NCBI GenBank assembly: GCA_902526115.1
Contig: CABZJV010000002.1
Location: forward strand, 1,271-65,270
Direction: 5' to 3'
Origin: an uncultured Pelagibacteraceae bacterium
GTDB lineage: Bacteria > Pseudomonadota > Alphaproteobacteria > Pelagibacterales > Pelagibacteraceae
DNA: 64,000 bases
Positions within the stretch are counted from its first letter, which is position 1. Each line of letters starts with the position of its first letter. Below the pieces are notes generated by a model. The model ran no database searches, had not been told where the DNA came from, and worked only from the letters and a program-made list of their open reading frames with translations. Shown here one piece after another: positions 10,127 to 18,943 of this stretch. The translations under genes and the position numbers were made by a program.

Positions 10127-10510
10127 ATGAATGAAATTAAAATTAGTTCAAATAGAAATTTTGGTATAGTTTTTTTTATAGTTTTCTTAGTAATAGCCAC
10201 ATATCCTTTAATAAATTATGGTGAAATTCGGCAATGGTCGTTAATACTTTCATTATTTTTTTTAATCTTAGGCCTAATAAATTCAAAAATCCTAACCCCT
10301 CTAAATAAATTATGGTTTAAATTTGGTATTTTTTTAGGAATAATTATTTCACCATTGGTAATGGGAATAATATTTTTTTTTGTAGTAACTCCTATAGGAT
10401 TTATTATGAGATTGTTATCTAAAGATGTATTGAATTTAAAATTTAATAATGAAAACTCTTACTGGATTAAAAAAACAGGCCCAATAAGTAAAATGAAAAA
10501 TCAATTTTAA
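10127..10510 (+). CDS. SxtJ-family membrane protein
   Basis: SSNRNFGIVF, PLNKLWFKFG, FFVVTPIG, SYWI...MKNQF C-terminus. Confidence 0.85.
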   Translation: MNEIKISSNRNFGIVFFIVFLVIATYPLINYGEIRQWSLILSLFFLILGLINSKILTPLNKLWFKFGIFLGIIISPLVMGIIFFFVVTPIGFIMRLLSKDVLNLKFNNENSYWIKKTGPISKMKNQF

Positions 10511-10511
10511 T

Positions 10512-10661
10512 ATGAGTTTTATAAAAGAATTTTGGGAATTTTTAAAAATAAGAAAAAAATACTGGCTATTACCAATAATTATTGTTTTAGTGATATTTGG
10601 TGGATTAATTGTTTTAACCCAAGGTTCTGCTGTAGCACCATTTATTTACACTATATTTTAA
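10512..10661 (+). CDS. SxtK-like / DUF5989 small membrane protein (49 aa), not in ORF track
   Basis: Hand translation MSFIKEFWEFLKIRKKYWLLPIIIVLVIFGGLIVLTQGSAVAPFIYTIF*; RKKYWLLP and APFIY motifs; abuts both neighbours. Confidence 0.88.
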   Translation: MSFIKEFWEFLKIRKKYWLLPIIIVLVIFGGLIVLTQGSAVAPFIYTIF

Positions 10662-12497
10662 GTGAGCACTATATTAGGTATTTCAGCTTTTTATCATGAT
10701 AGTGCAGCTAGCATTTTAAAAAATGGAGAAATAATTGCTGCTGCACAAGAAGAAAGATTTACAAGAAAAAAACATGATCCAAGTTATCCATATAATGCTA
10801 TAGAATTTGTTTTAAAATATGCAAACTTGCAATTAAGTGAAGTTGACCAGATAGTTTTTTTTGAAAAGCCTTTTTTAAAATTTGAAAGACTTTTGGAAAC
10901 TTACGTTGGATTTGCTCCCAAAGGCTTTGCTTCGTTCTCAAAAGCAATGCCCCTATGGATTAAAGAGAAACTTTTTCAAAAAAATTTTTTATTCAACAAA
11001 CTAAAAGAACATGATGTAAATTATAAATCAGATAAAAATATTTTTTTTTCTGATCATCATTTAAGTCATGCTGCTAGCGCATTTTTTCCATCGCCATTTG
11101 AGGAGGCTGTTGTTTTAACAGCAGATGGTGTTGGAGAGTGGGCTACTACCACAGTTGCCGTAGGAAAAGGTAATAATTTAAATATTAAAAAAGAAATCCA
11201 TTTTCCACACTCATTAGGTCTTCTTTATTCTGCTTTTACTTACTATGTAGGTTTTAAAGTGAACAGTGGAGAATATAAATTAATGGGCTTAGCACCTTAT
11301 GGGAGCCCCATTTATGAAGATAAGATAAAGCAATTAATAGATATTAAAGAAGATGGAAGCTTTAGGCTGGATCAGAGATATTTTAATTACGCAACAGGTC
11401 TTACTATGACTAATAAAAATTTTGATAAATTATTTGGTCAAGCACCAAGGAGTCCAGAAAAAGATAAGATCACACAATTTCATATGGATATAGCTGCATC
11501 AATTCAAAAAGTTACTGAAGAAATAATGATAAAGTTATCTAGAGCCATTAGAAAAGAATACAATATTAAAAACTTATGTTTAGCAGGAGGTGTTGCTTTA
11601 AATTGTGTTGCAAATGGCAAAATTTTAAAAGAAAAAATTTTTGATAACATTTGGATTCAACCAGCTGCTGGTGATGCTGGTGGTTCTCTTGGAGCAGCTT
11701 TAGCACTCTGGCATATAGATCAAGGTAATCAGAGAGTAGTAAATAGAATGGATAATATGAAAGGTTCATTTCTTGGAACCGAGTTTACTCAAGAAAAAAT
11801 TGAAGATGAGTTGAAGTTAGCAGGAGCTTCATTTGACACTTTAGATTATGAAGATTTAATCAATAAAACTGCAGAGTATTTGTCAAAGGAAAAAGCTGTA
11901 GGTTGGTTTCAGGGCAGAATGGAATTTGGACCAAGAGCCTTGGGCTGTAGGTCAATCTTAGGAGATCCTAGATCTGATAAAATGCAAAAAAACCTAAATT
12001 TGAAAGTAAAGTATAGAGAAAGTTTCAGGCCATTTGCTCCCTCAATTCTCAAAGATGATTTAACGGAATGGTTTGATATGAGTGTTGATAGTCCATATAT
12101 GTTGTTAGTTTCTAATATAAACATCCAAAAAAAAATTGAAATGACAAATGAAGAAATGAAACTATTTGGAATAGAAAAGTTGAATATAAAGAGGTCAGAT
12201 ATACCAGCTGTGACACACGTTGATTATTCAGCAAGAATTCAAACAGTAACTAAAGATTATAATAAACGCTATTTTGATTTGATTTCTAAATTCAAAGACA
12301 AAACAGGATGTCCAGTATTAATTAATACTTCATTTAATGTAAGGGGAGAACCTATTGTAAATACACCAAAGGATGCTTTCAACTGTTTCATGGGCACTGA
12401 ACTGGATTATCTTGTCATTGGAAATTGTGTTTTAGAAAAATCTAAACAAAATCCTGATCTCAAAAAAAACTATACTGAAGAATTTGAATTAGATTAA
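10662..12497 (+). CDS. O-carbamoyltransferase (NodU/CmcH/SxtI family)
   Basis: HDSAA, EERFTRKKH, HHLSHAASAF, AGGVALN, EFGPRALG, RESFRPFAP, NTSFN. Confidence 0.93.
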   Translation: MSTILGISAFYHDSAASILKNGEIIAAAQEERFTRKKHDPSYPYNAIEFVLKYANLQLSEVDQIVFFEKPFLKFERLLETYVGFAPKGFASFSKAMPLWIKEKLFQKNFLFNKLKEHDVNYKSDKNIFFSDHHLSHAASAFFPSPFEEAVVLTADGVGEWATTTVAVGKGNNLNIKKEIHFPHSLGLLYSAFTYYVGFKVNSGEYKLMGLAPYGSPIYEDKIKQLIDIKEDGSFRLDQRYFNYATGLTMTNKNFDKLFGQAPRSPEKDKITQFHMDIAASIQKVTEEIMIKLSRAIRKEYNIKNLCLAGGVALNCVANGKILKEKIFDNIWIQPAAGDAGGSLGAALALWHIDQGNQRVVNRMDNMKGSFLGTEFTQEKIEDELKLAGASFDTLDYEDLINKTAEYLSKEKAVGWFQGRMEFGPRALGCRSILGDPRSDKMQKNLNLKVKYRESFRPFAPSILKDDLTEWFDMSVDSPYMLLVSNINIQKKIEMTNEEMKLFGIEKLNIKRSDIPAVTHVDYSARIQTVTKDYNKRYFDLISKFKDKTGCPVLINTSFNVRGEPIVNTPKDAFNCFMGTELDYLVIGNCVLEKSKQNPDLKKNYTEEFELD

Positions 12498-12505
12498 ATC
12501 AAAAT

Positions 12506-13285
12506 TTAAATAATTACTGCTTTTACAGTACCTAATTTATCAATTTTTCCAATATATGTGCCTTTACTCAAGATTGGCACCACTCCAACAGTTGAACCAG
12601 TAAAGACATAAAAATCTTTATTCAGGTTAATCTTATCCTTTTTAACTTTATTCAAGACAAATCTTAAAGAATTTATTGGATTAATGAAAACTGCATTTGT
12701 ATTTCCATCAATACTTTGTTTTGCTTTATTATTAGTGATATTTGTTTTTAAATTTCCAATATTAATTTTTTTATATTTTTTTTTTCTTCCAATTAAAAAT
12801 TTAACATTTGCGCCAAAATCACTACAAAGATCACCAAAAGATGCAATTCCCTTCTTACGTTGTCTATAACCAACAATCTCTATACATGGGGCCATATGAG
12901 ATATAAATTTTGTAATATTATTTTTTGTAATATTTCCCTTAGACAGAAAAAAAGATTTTTTAATTAAATAGCAAACCTCAAGCTCAATCCCAAGAGTAGA
13001 TTTATTTATTTTTATTCTTTTTCCACTTTTAATAAAATTATTTTTAAAAATAGACGCATAAAAAGGTTCTTTTTCTTTTAATTTTTTCATTACTGGTATT
13101 CCGGTCCCTCCAGCTTTATAACCAATTATTGGTGTAATTATTTTACTTTCACAAAGTTTTCTAAATTTATTTGCTTCAGTGAGTTTTTTTGTAAATTTGT
13201 TTGGTATTGGGGCTATGATTTTATTTTTTATAAATGCATTAGCTAATTTACTTGAGATTTTATCCTTCAAAGTTTTTTTCATCAT
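12506..13285 (-). CDS. FAH superfamily, 2-keto-4-pentenoate hydratase-like
   Basis: GYKAG, ELEV, PCIEIV, FTGS motifs. Confidence 0.7.
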   Translation of the reverse strand: MMKKTLKDKISSKLANAFIKNKIIAPIPNKFTKKLTEANKFRKLCESKIITPIIGYKAGGTGIPVMKKLKEKEPFYASIFKNNFIKSGKRIKINKSTLGIELEVCYLIKKSFFLSKGNITKNNITKFISHMAPCIEIVGYRQRKKGIASFGDLCSDFGANVKFLIGRKKKYKKINIGNLKTNITNNKAKQSIDGNTNAVFINPINSLRFVLNKVKKDKINLNKDFYVFTGSTVGVVPILSKGTYIGKIDKLGTVKAVII

Positions 13286-13288
13286 TTA

Positions 13289-14092
13289 TTAATATTTTAA
13301 TACTGACATAGGATCAAGTCTTGTTTGAAACCAATTAATTCTAAAATCTAGATGTGGTCCGGTTGATCTTCCAGTTGAGCCAACAGTACCTATAATGTCC
13401 CCTTGATTTATTTGATCACCTACTGATACTAAAATATTTTCTAAATGAGAATAGATGGTGGAAATACCATGTCCATGATCCATTATAATAGTTCCACCAG
13501 TATAATATAAATCATCCTCAGCCATTGTGACTACACCTGAGCCGGAAGATTTTATCATTGTTCCTTGTTTCGCGGCTATATCAATACCATAGTGGGGCCA
13601 CTTTGGTTTACCATTTAATATTCTTTGACTTCCATAAACACCACTAATTATACCCTTAACTGGCATAATAAATTTATTTTTAAAAAATTGTAGATTTGAA
13701 TTAATTGCTCTCGCTTCCCCGATGGCATTATTTTCCTTTTTTATTCTTTTATAAACAGATTCAGGCGGAGTAACTTTGCTTTCTGCAAGGCCATCAATTC
13801 TTTGAATATTATATTTTCTTTTAAGAACTTTTTTTGTAATTACTGTTTTTTTTCCGTTAAGAATTTTAGTGAAGGTAAGATCATATTTTTGATCTCTATC
13901 AATCCCAAAAACAAAATCCCCATCCTTTGAGACTTTTACTTCTTTTTTTCCAATAAGAATTTTTACATTAGGATCAGTTTTTCCAAGAATAAAATGACCT
14001 TGTATAAATTTTCCCTGAAATTTTATTGAGTGGGCAGGAGATGCAAAAATAAAAAAAATTAAAAAAATTCTATAAATTATTGAGCTGTCCAT
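13289..14092 (-). CDS. M23 family metallopeptidase with signal peptide
   Basis: HYGIDIAA (HxxxD), YSHL, STGPHLD. The likely start is the ATG at 14092 overlapping the SDR 3' end, rather than 14155. Confidence 0.88.
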   Translation of the reverse strand: MDSSIIYRIFLIFFIFASPAHSIKFQGKFIQGHFILGKTDPNVKILIGKKEVKVSKDGDFVFGIDRDQKYDLTFTKILNGKKTVITKKVLKRKYNIQRIDGLAESKVTPPESVYKRIKKENNAIGEARAINSNLQFFKNKFIMPVKGIISGVYGSQRILNGKPKWPHYGIDIAAKQGTMIKSSGSGVVTMAEDDLYYTGGTIIMDHGHGISTIYSHLENILVSVGDQINQGDIIGTVGSTGRSTGPHLDFRINWFQTRLDPMSVLKY

Positions 14093-14835
14093 CCACCATC
14101 TATTATTATTGATGTACCTGTGATCATTGAAGAAGCTGACGACGCTAAAAAACATACAGTGGTTGCAACATCACTTTCTGTAGCTACTTTACCTAATGGA
14201 ATTTTTCCAATTGCTAATTTTTTAAATTTTTTATTTTTAAAAAATTGTTTAACCATCGGTGTTTCCACAAAAGTGGGCGCTACAGAGTTAACTCTAATAT
14301 TTTTTTTTGCTAATTCAACACCCATACCTTTAGTTAGTCCCTCAATTCCAAATTTTGTCATGTTATAAATATTTCTTCCACTCATACCCACATGACCTAA
14401 TTGTGAAGACATATTAATTATCGACCCTGGTCTTTTTTTATTTTTGAGCATTTTTTTTACTACTAACTGAGCTACATTGAAAGCTGCTTTTAGATTTAAA
14501 TCCACTAAGTAATTCATACTATCTTGTTTTATCTTTTCAAATGGTTCAGGTATGTTACTTCCAGCGTTATTAATTAGAATATCAATAATTTTAATTTTTT
14601 TTAATTTATCTTGAAGTTCCTTATAATTCATCACATCACAATGAACTTTTATTAATTTTCCTTTTATTTTTTTAAAATCTTTTTCTAATTTATTTAAATC
14701 TGACATTGTCCTACTTAACACAATCACGGTTGCACCTGCTTCTGCTAAAGCCAGTGAACAAGCTCTCCCAAGACCTTTTCCAGCTCCTGTTACTAATGCG
14801 TACTTATTTTTAAGATTGATTTTTTGAAGATACAT
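14077..14835 (-). CDS. Short-chain dehydrogenase, HpsO-like subfamily
   Basis: TGAGKGLG, NNAG, YNMTK; SSQLGHVG and RVNSVAPTFVETP resemble HpsO-type SDRs. Confidence 0.85.
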   Translation of the reverse strand: MYLQKINLKNKYALVTGAGKGLGRACSLALAEAGATVIVLSRTMSDLNKLEKDFKKIKGKLIKVHCDVMNYKELQDKLKKIKIIDILINNAGSNIPEPFEKIKQDSMNYLVDLNLKAAFNVAQLVVKKMLKNKKRPGSIINMSSQLGHVGMSGRNIYNMTKFGIEGLTKGMGVELAKKNIRVNSVAPTFVETPMVKQFFKNKKFKKLAIGKIPLGKVATESDVATTVCFLASSASSMITGTSIIIDGGWTAQ

Positions 14836-15428
14836 TAAAATAATAATATTTTAATATCTGTATAAATCAACTGGACTGCAACAATTAATATTGCTAATAA
14901 TCCTAACCAAGCTATCCATTTATATTTTTTTATCCATCTAGATATTAAAGTTGCTGCTGTAGCCATTATTATGATTGATAAGATTAAACCAAATACCAGA
15001 AGATAGTAGTGTTCACCTGCTGCACCTGCTACACCCAAAACATTATCTAAGCTCATTGTAAAGTCAGCTAAAAGAACAGTCCAAATTGCTTTTAAAAAAC
15101 TGGAGTTATCTACATTAATATTTTCCTGCTTTTGAGACCCCTTAATTACATCTACATAAAGCTTATAGACTATATAGAGTAGTAGCAGCCCTCCAATTAG
15201 TCTTAACCCTGTAATTTGTAAAAGATAAGCAGTTAGTAAAGTTAATATTATTCTTAAAATTACTGCTCCACCTATCCCCCAAAATATTACTTTTTTTCTT
15301 TGATCTGGTGGGAATTTAGAAGCAACCATACCGATGATAATTGCGTTATCTCCAGCTAATACTAGATCGATAAAAATTATTTGAGTTAAAATTGCTATTT
15401 GTTCTGGTGTAAATAATTCAGCGAACAT
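14835..15428 (-). CDS. TerC/YjbE family membrane protein
   Basis: IDLVLAGDNAIII, ADFTMSLDNVLGVAGAA. Confidence 0.9.
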   Translation of the reverse strand: MFAELFTPEQIAILTQIIFIDLVLAGDNAIIIGMVASKFPPDQRKKVIFWGIGGAVILRIILTLLTAYLLQITGLRLIGGLLLLYIVYKLYVDVIKGSQKQENINVDNSSFLKAIWTVLLADFTMSLDNVLGVAGAAGEHYYLLVFGLILSIIIMATAATLISRWIKKYKWIAWLGLLAILIVAVQLIYTDIKILLF

Positions 15429-17023
15429 TAATGATTTAGTATCATGTCTGCACCTTTTTCTGCAATCATTATTGTTGGAGCGTTGGTATTACCTGAAGTT
15501 ATGTTTGGCATTATAGATGCATCAATTACTCTTAAATTGCTTACGCCTCTAACCTTTAATTTTTCATCAACAACTGACATTTCATCTTGACCCATTTTAC
15601 AAGTACCAACAGGGTGAAAGATTGTTTGAGCATAATTTGCGGCCTCTTTTACCAGTTCTTCATCATCATTAATATTTATTCCAGGCCTATATTCTTCTGG
15701 TGAATATTTTTTAAAAGTTTCCGATTCCATTATAATTTTTCTTGTTAATTTAAGTCCTTTAGCTGCAATCAATCTATCATTATCAGTAGATAGGTAATTC
15801 TGTTTGATTTTTGCATAAGTTCTAGAATCTTTATCTACAATACTAACATGTCCTCTACTAGTTGGTTTTATATTGGATACTGTTGGAGTGAAAGCATGAA
15901 AGTCATGATTTTTCGTTGCACCTAATGTATCCATACTCATTGGCTGAACATGCCATTGTAAATCAGGTAATTCTAACGAAGAGTCACTTTTAGCAAACAT
16001 ACAAAGTTGACTTGCTCCCATTGTCATAGGGCCTGTTCTTTTAAATATATATTCTAATCCAATCATTAAATTTCCAAATAAACTATTAATTTTTTTGTTT
16101 AAAGATTTTAGTCCATTTATTTTATAAATAGGTCTTAACATAAGATGATCATGTAGATTTTCACCAACACCATTTAAATTTTGAACCATATCTATTCCTA
16201 AGTTTTTTAATTTTTCTGGATTTCCAATTCCCGATACTTGTAATATTTGTGGCGAACCAATAGCTCCTGAAGATAATATTATTTCCCTACTAGCTTGAAC
16301 TTTTTTAAGTTCGTTTTCTTGCCAAAATTCAACTTCTTTAGCTACTTTATTTTCAAAAATTATTTTTTTAACATGCGCATGGGTAATAATTTCTAAATTC
16401 TTCCTATGTTTAATTGGATTTAAATATCCTACAGATGTACTACATCTAAAACCATCTTTCTCTGTAACTTGGAAATATCCACATCCATGATTGTCTCCCG
16501 TGTTAAAATCTCTAGTTTTAGGTATTCCAAACTCTTCAGCCGCATTTTGAAATTCATCTAAAAGTGGGAGATGAATCCTTTGATCAGAAACTGCTAATGG
16601 TCCATCAACACCATGAAATTCATTTTTACCTCTTTCTTGATCCTCAGCTTTTATAAAATAAGGCAATACATCATCCCATCCCCAACCAGTATTCCCTAAC
16701 TGACGCCAGACATCATAATCTCTATTTTGACCCCTTATATATAACAACCCATTTATTGATGAACTTCCTCCTAAAGTTTTACCCCTAGGATACCTAATAG
16801 AGATATTGTTCATACTTTCATCAGGCTCAGTTTTGTAACACCAATCTGTTTTTGGATTGTGCATAGTTTTAAAATAACCCACAGGTATATGAATCCATGG
16901 ATAATTATCTTTTCCACCAGCTTCCAAAAGAAGGACTTTATGGCCAGGATTTTCTGATAATCTATTTGCAAGTACACAGCCAGCAGATCCAGCACCAAGA
17001 ATTATAAAATCGTAATTATTCAT
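15428..17023 (-). CDS. GMC family FAD oxidoreductase (choline dehydrogenase-like; IseJ candidate)
   Basis: GAGSAGC, RGKTLGGSSSINGLLYIRG, VGENLHDH, FHPVGTCKMG, GNTNAP. Confidence 0.9.
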   Translation of the reverse strand: MNNYDFIILGAGSAGCVLANRLSENPGHKVLLLEAGGKDNYPWIHIPVGYFKTMHNPKTDWCYKTEPDESMNNISIRYPRGKTLGGSSSINGLLYIRGQNRDYDVWRQLGNTGWGWDDVLPYFIKAEDQERGKNEFHGVDGPLAVSDQRIHLPLLDEFQNAAEEFGIPKTRDFNTGDNHGCGYFQVTEKDGFRCSTSVGYLNPIKHRKNLEIITHAHVKKIIFENKVAKEVEFWQENELKKVQASREIILSSGAIGSPQILQVSGIGNPEKLKNLGIDMVQNLNGVGENLHDHLMLRPIYKINGLKSLNKKINSLFGNLMIGLEYIFKRTGPMTMGASQLCMFAKSDSSLELPDLQWHVQPMSMDTLGATKNHDFHAFTPTVSNIKPTSRGHVSIVDKDSRTYAKIKQNYLSTDNDRLIAAKGLKLTRKIIMESETFKKYSPEEYRPGININDDEELVKEAANYAQTIFHPVGTCKMGQDEMSVVDEKLKVRGVSNLRVIDASIMPNITSGNTNAPTIMIAEKGADMILNH

Positions 17024-17164
17024 AAATTAGATCCTTTATAAGTAAAAAAATTTTTTTTTCTAATAAATCTGTGAAAAAATTTAATAATATGTCAATTTTA
17101 ATGCTTGTTTTGAATTTCAATATAAGAGAAGCTTGATTTTTTAAAAATAAAGAGAGGGAAAAAA

Positions 17165-18259
17165 ATGAAAAAAATCATTTCAATGTTATTTGCAGTTGCA
17201 ATGGTGTTTGGATTTATTTCAAATGCTAATGCTGCAAAAACACTAAAATGTCAGACGGTTCTTAACACTAAAGCTGATGAAGTTAAGATGTTAAAGGACT
17301 TTACTGATACGGTAACTGAATTAACTGGTGGATCTCTTAAATTTGAAATCTTGCCAGCTGGAGCAGTTGTTGGAGTTAAAGAGACTCTTGATGCTGTTGA
17401 TAAAGGTTTGATTGACTGTGGATTTGCATGGACTCACTATTGGTCAGGTGAACACCCTGCTGCAATGCTATTTGGTTCTCCAGTAGCTGGTGGTGGAATA
17501 GGTATCGACAACTTAGCGTTTCTATCTTGGTTCCAATATGGTGGTGGAAAAGCACTTTATGATCAATTATGGAAAGAGATGAACAGAGACATTAAAGGAT
17601 TTATGCTTCAACCTGTTGGACCTGAAGCTTTAGGTTGGTTTCCAAAACCGATTAAAGATATGGCTGACTTTAGAAAGTATAAATTCAGAACACCTCCAGG
17701 TATTCCGGGACAAACTTATAAAGACATCGGTATAGCATCTGTTGCTATGGGTGGTGGAGATATTCTACCAGCTTTAGAAGCAGGAACTATTGATGCTGCT
17801 GAATGGTGTTGTCCAAAACCAGACTTAACGTTTGGTTTCCAAAAAGTATTAAAACACTACTACTTACAAGGTTTACACCAAGTAGTCGTAAATGCTGACT
17901 TTTATATCACTGGAAAAACATATGATGCAATGTCTGAGCACGAGAAGAAGTCTCTTGAAGTTGCTGCGGATGCGTCTTTGATAAAATCTTTAAGTTATAG
18001 AATTTTATCAAATGGTGAAGCTTTACAAGAACTTACAACAAAACATGGAGTGATTTTAGAGGATACTCCATCTGACTACTTCACTGAGTATATGGCAGCT
18101 GCTAAAGCAACTTTGAATAAAAATGCTGAAAAGAATGCATTTTTCAAAGAAGTTTATGACTCTATGAAAGTATTTGCTGATAAAGCAGTTCCTTTCTGGA
18201 GTGGTGCTCAAATGTCAAATGCGAAGCTAGGAATGGCTCACGCAGCGACATTAAAGTAA
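17165..18259 (+). CDS. TRAP transporter substrate-binding protein DctP
   Basis: Signal peptide, EILPAGAVVG, KFRTP, LEAGTIDAAE; GAGAGGG RBS. Confidence 0.92.
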   Translation: MKKIISMLFAVAMVFGFISNANAAKTLKCQTVLNTKADEVKMLKDFTDTVTELTGGSLKFEILPAGAVVGVKETLDAVDKGLIDCGFAWTHYWSGEHPAAMLFGSPVAGGGIGIDNLAFLSWFQYGGGKALYDQLWKEMNRDIKGFMLQPVGPEALGWFPKPIKDMADFRKYKFRTPPGIPGQTYKDIGIASVAMGGGDILPALEAGTIDAAEWCCPKPDLTFGFQKVLKHYYLQGLHQVVVNADFYITGKTYDAMSEHEKKSLEVAADASLIKSLSYRILSNGEALQELTTKHGVILEDTPSDYFTEYMAAAKATLNKNAEKNAFFKEVYDSMKVFADKAVPFWSGAQMSNAKLGMAHAATLK

Positions 18260-18277
18260 TCATTAAATAATTAGAAT

Positions 18278-18315
18278 ATTAGAGCGGACTAATAAGTCCG
18301 CTCTAATTTTTTTTT
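18278..18315 (+). terminator. Intrinsic terminator/attenuating hairpin between dctP and dctQ
   Basis: ATTAGAGCGGACT-AATA-AGTCCGCTCTAAT perfect 13-bp stem followed by a T run. Confidence 0.8.
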
Positions 18316-18328
18316 AGTAAAAATTTCT

Positions 18329-18943
18329 ATGGCAGACGAACCAAGTAAATTAGATATTTCAGACGAAATGATTGCCGAAAGGCGAGGTGGTTCAGGAAAA
18401 ATGCCAGAGGATATGCCATCATGGATGGCAAAGTCTATAATTAACATAGATAAATTTAGTAAGTGGATTGGTAGTGTAGTTTGTTGGATATTAATGCCAC
18501 TTATTTTTGCTATGACTTATGAGGTACTAGCAAGAAAATTATTTTTAGCACCAACAATATGGGCTTATGATATAAGCAGATTTTTATATGGAGCTCTTTT
18601 TATGCTGGGCGCAGGTTATGCACTCTCAAGAGGAGTTCATATCAGAGCAGATTTTTTATACAGAAATTTTAAAATTAAAAACCAAGGATTAATCGATTTT
18701 TGGTTATATCTTTTATTTTATTTCCCTGGTCTAATAGTATTTTTTTATATGACTTTTGGATTTGTTGTAGAGTCAATCCAAAGAGGTGAAAGAGGAATGG
18801 ATACTACCTGGATGCCATATATGTGGCCAATTAAAACGTGTTTATTAATTGGAATTATATTTCTACTTATCCAAGGATTTTCAGAATTACTTAAAAGCTA
18901 CTGGGCAGCTAAAAAGGGTGTGTGGCCAGGAGAGGATAAATGA
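18329..18943 (+). CDS. TRAP small permease DctQ
   Basis: 4 TM helices, YEVLARK, HIRADF. Confidence 0.9.
   Translation: MADEPSKLDISDEMIAERRGGSGKMPEDMPSWMAKSIINIDKFSKWIGSVVCWILMPLIFAMTYEVLARKLFLAPTIWAYDISRFLYGALFMLGAGYALSRGVHIRADFLYRNFKIKNQGLIDFWLYLLFYFPGLIVFFYMTFGFVVESIQRGERGMDTTWMPYMWPIKTCLLIGIIFLLIQGFSELLKSYWAAKKGVWPGEDK

Noticed and set aside
10127-12497. Saxitoxin biosynthesis (sxtI/J/K homologues)
   Set aside because: No sxtA, sxtG or other core genes; this trio is widespread outside toxin producers.
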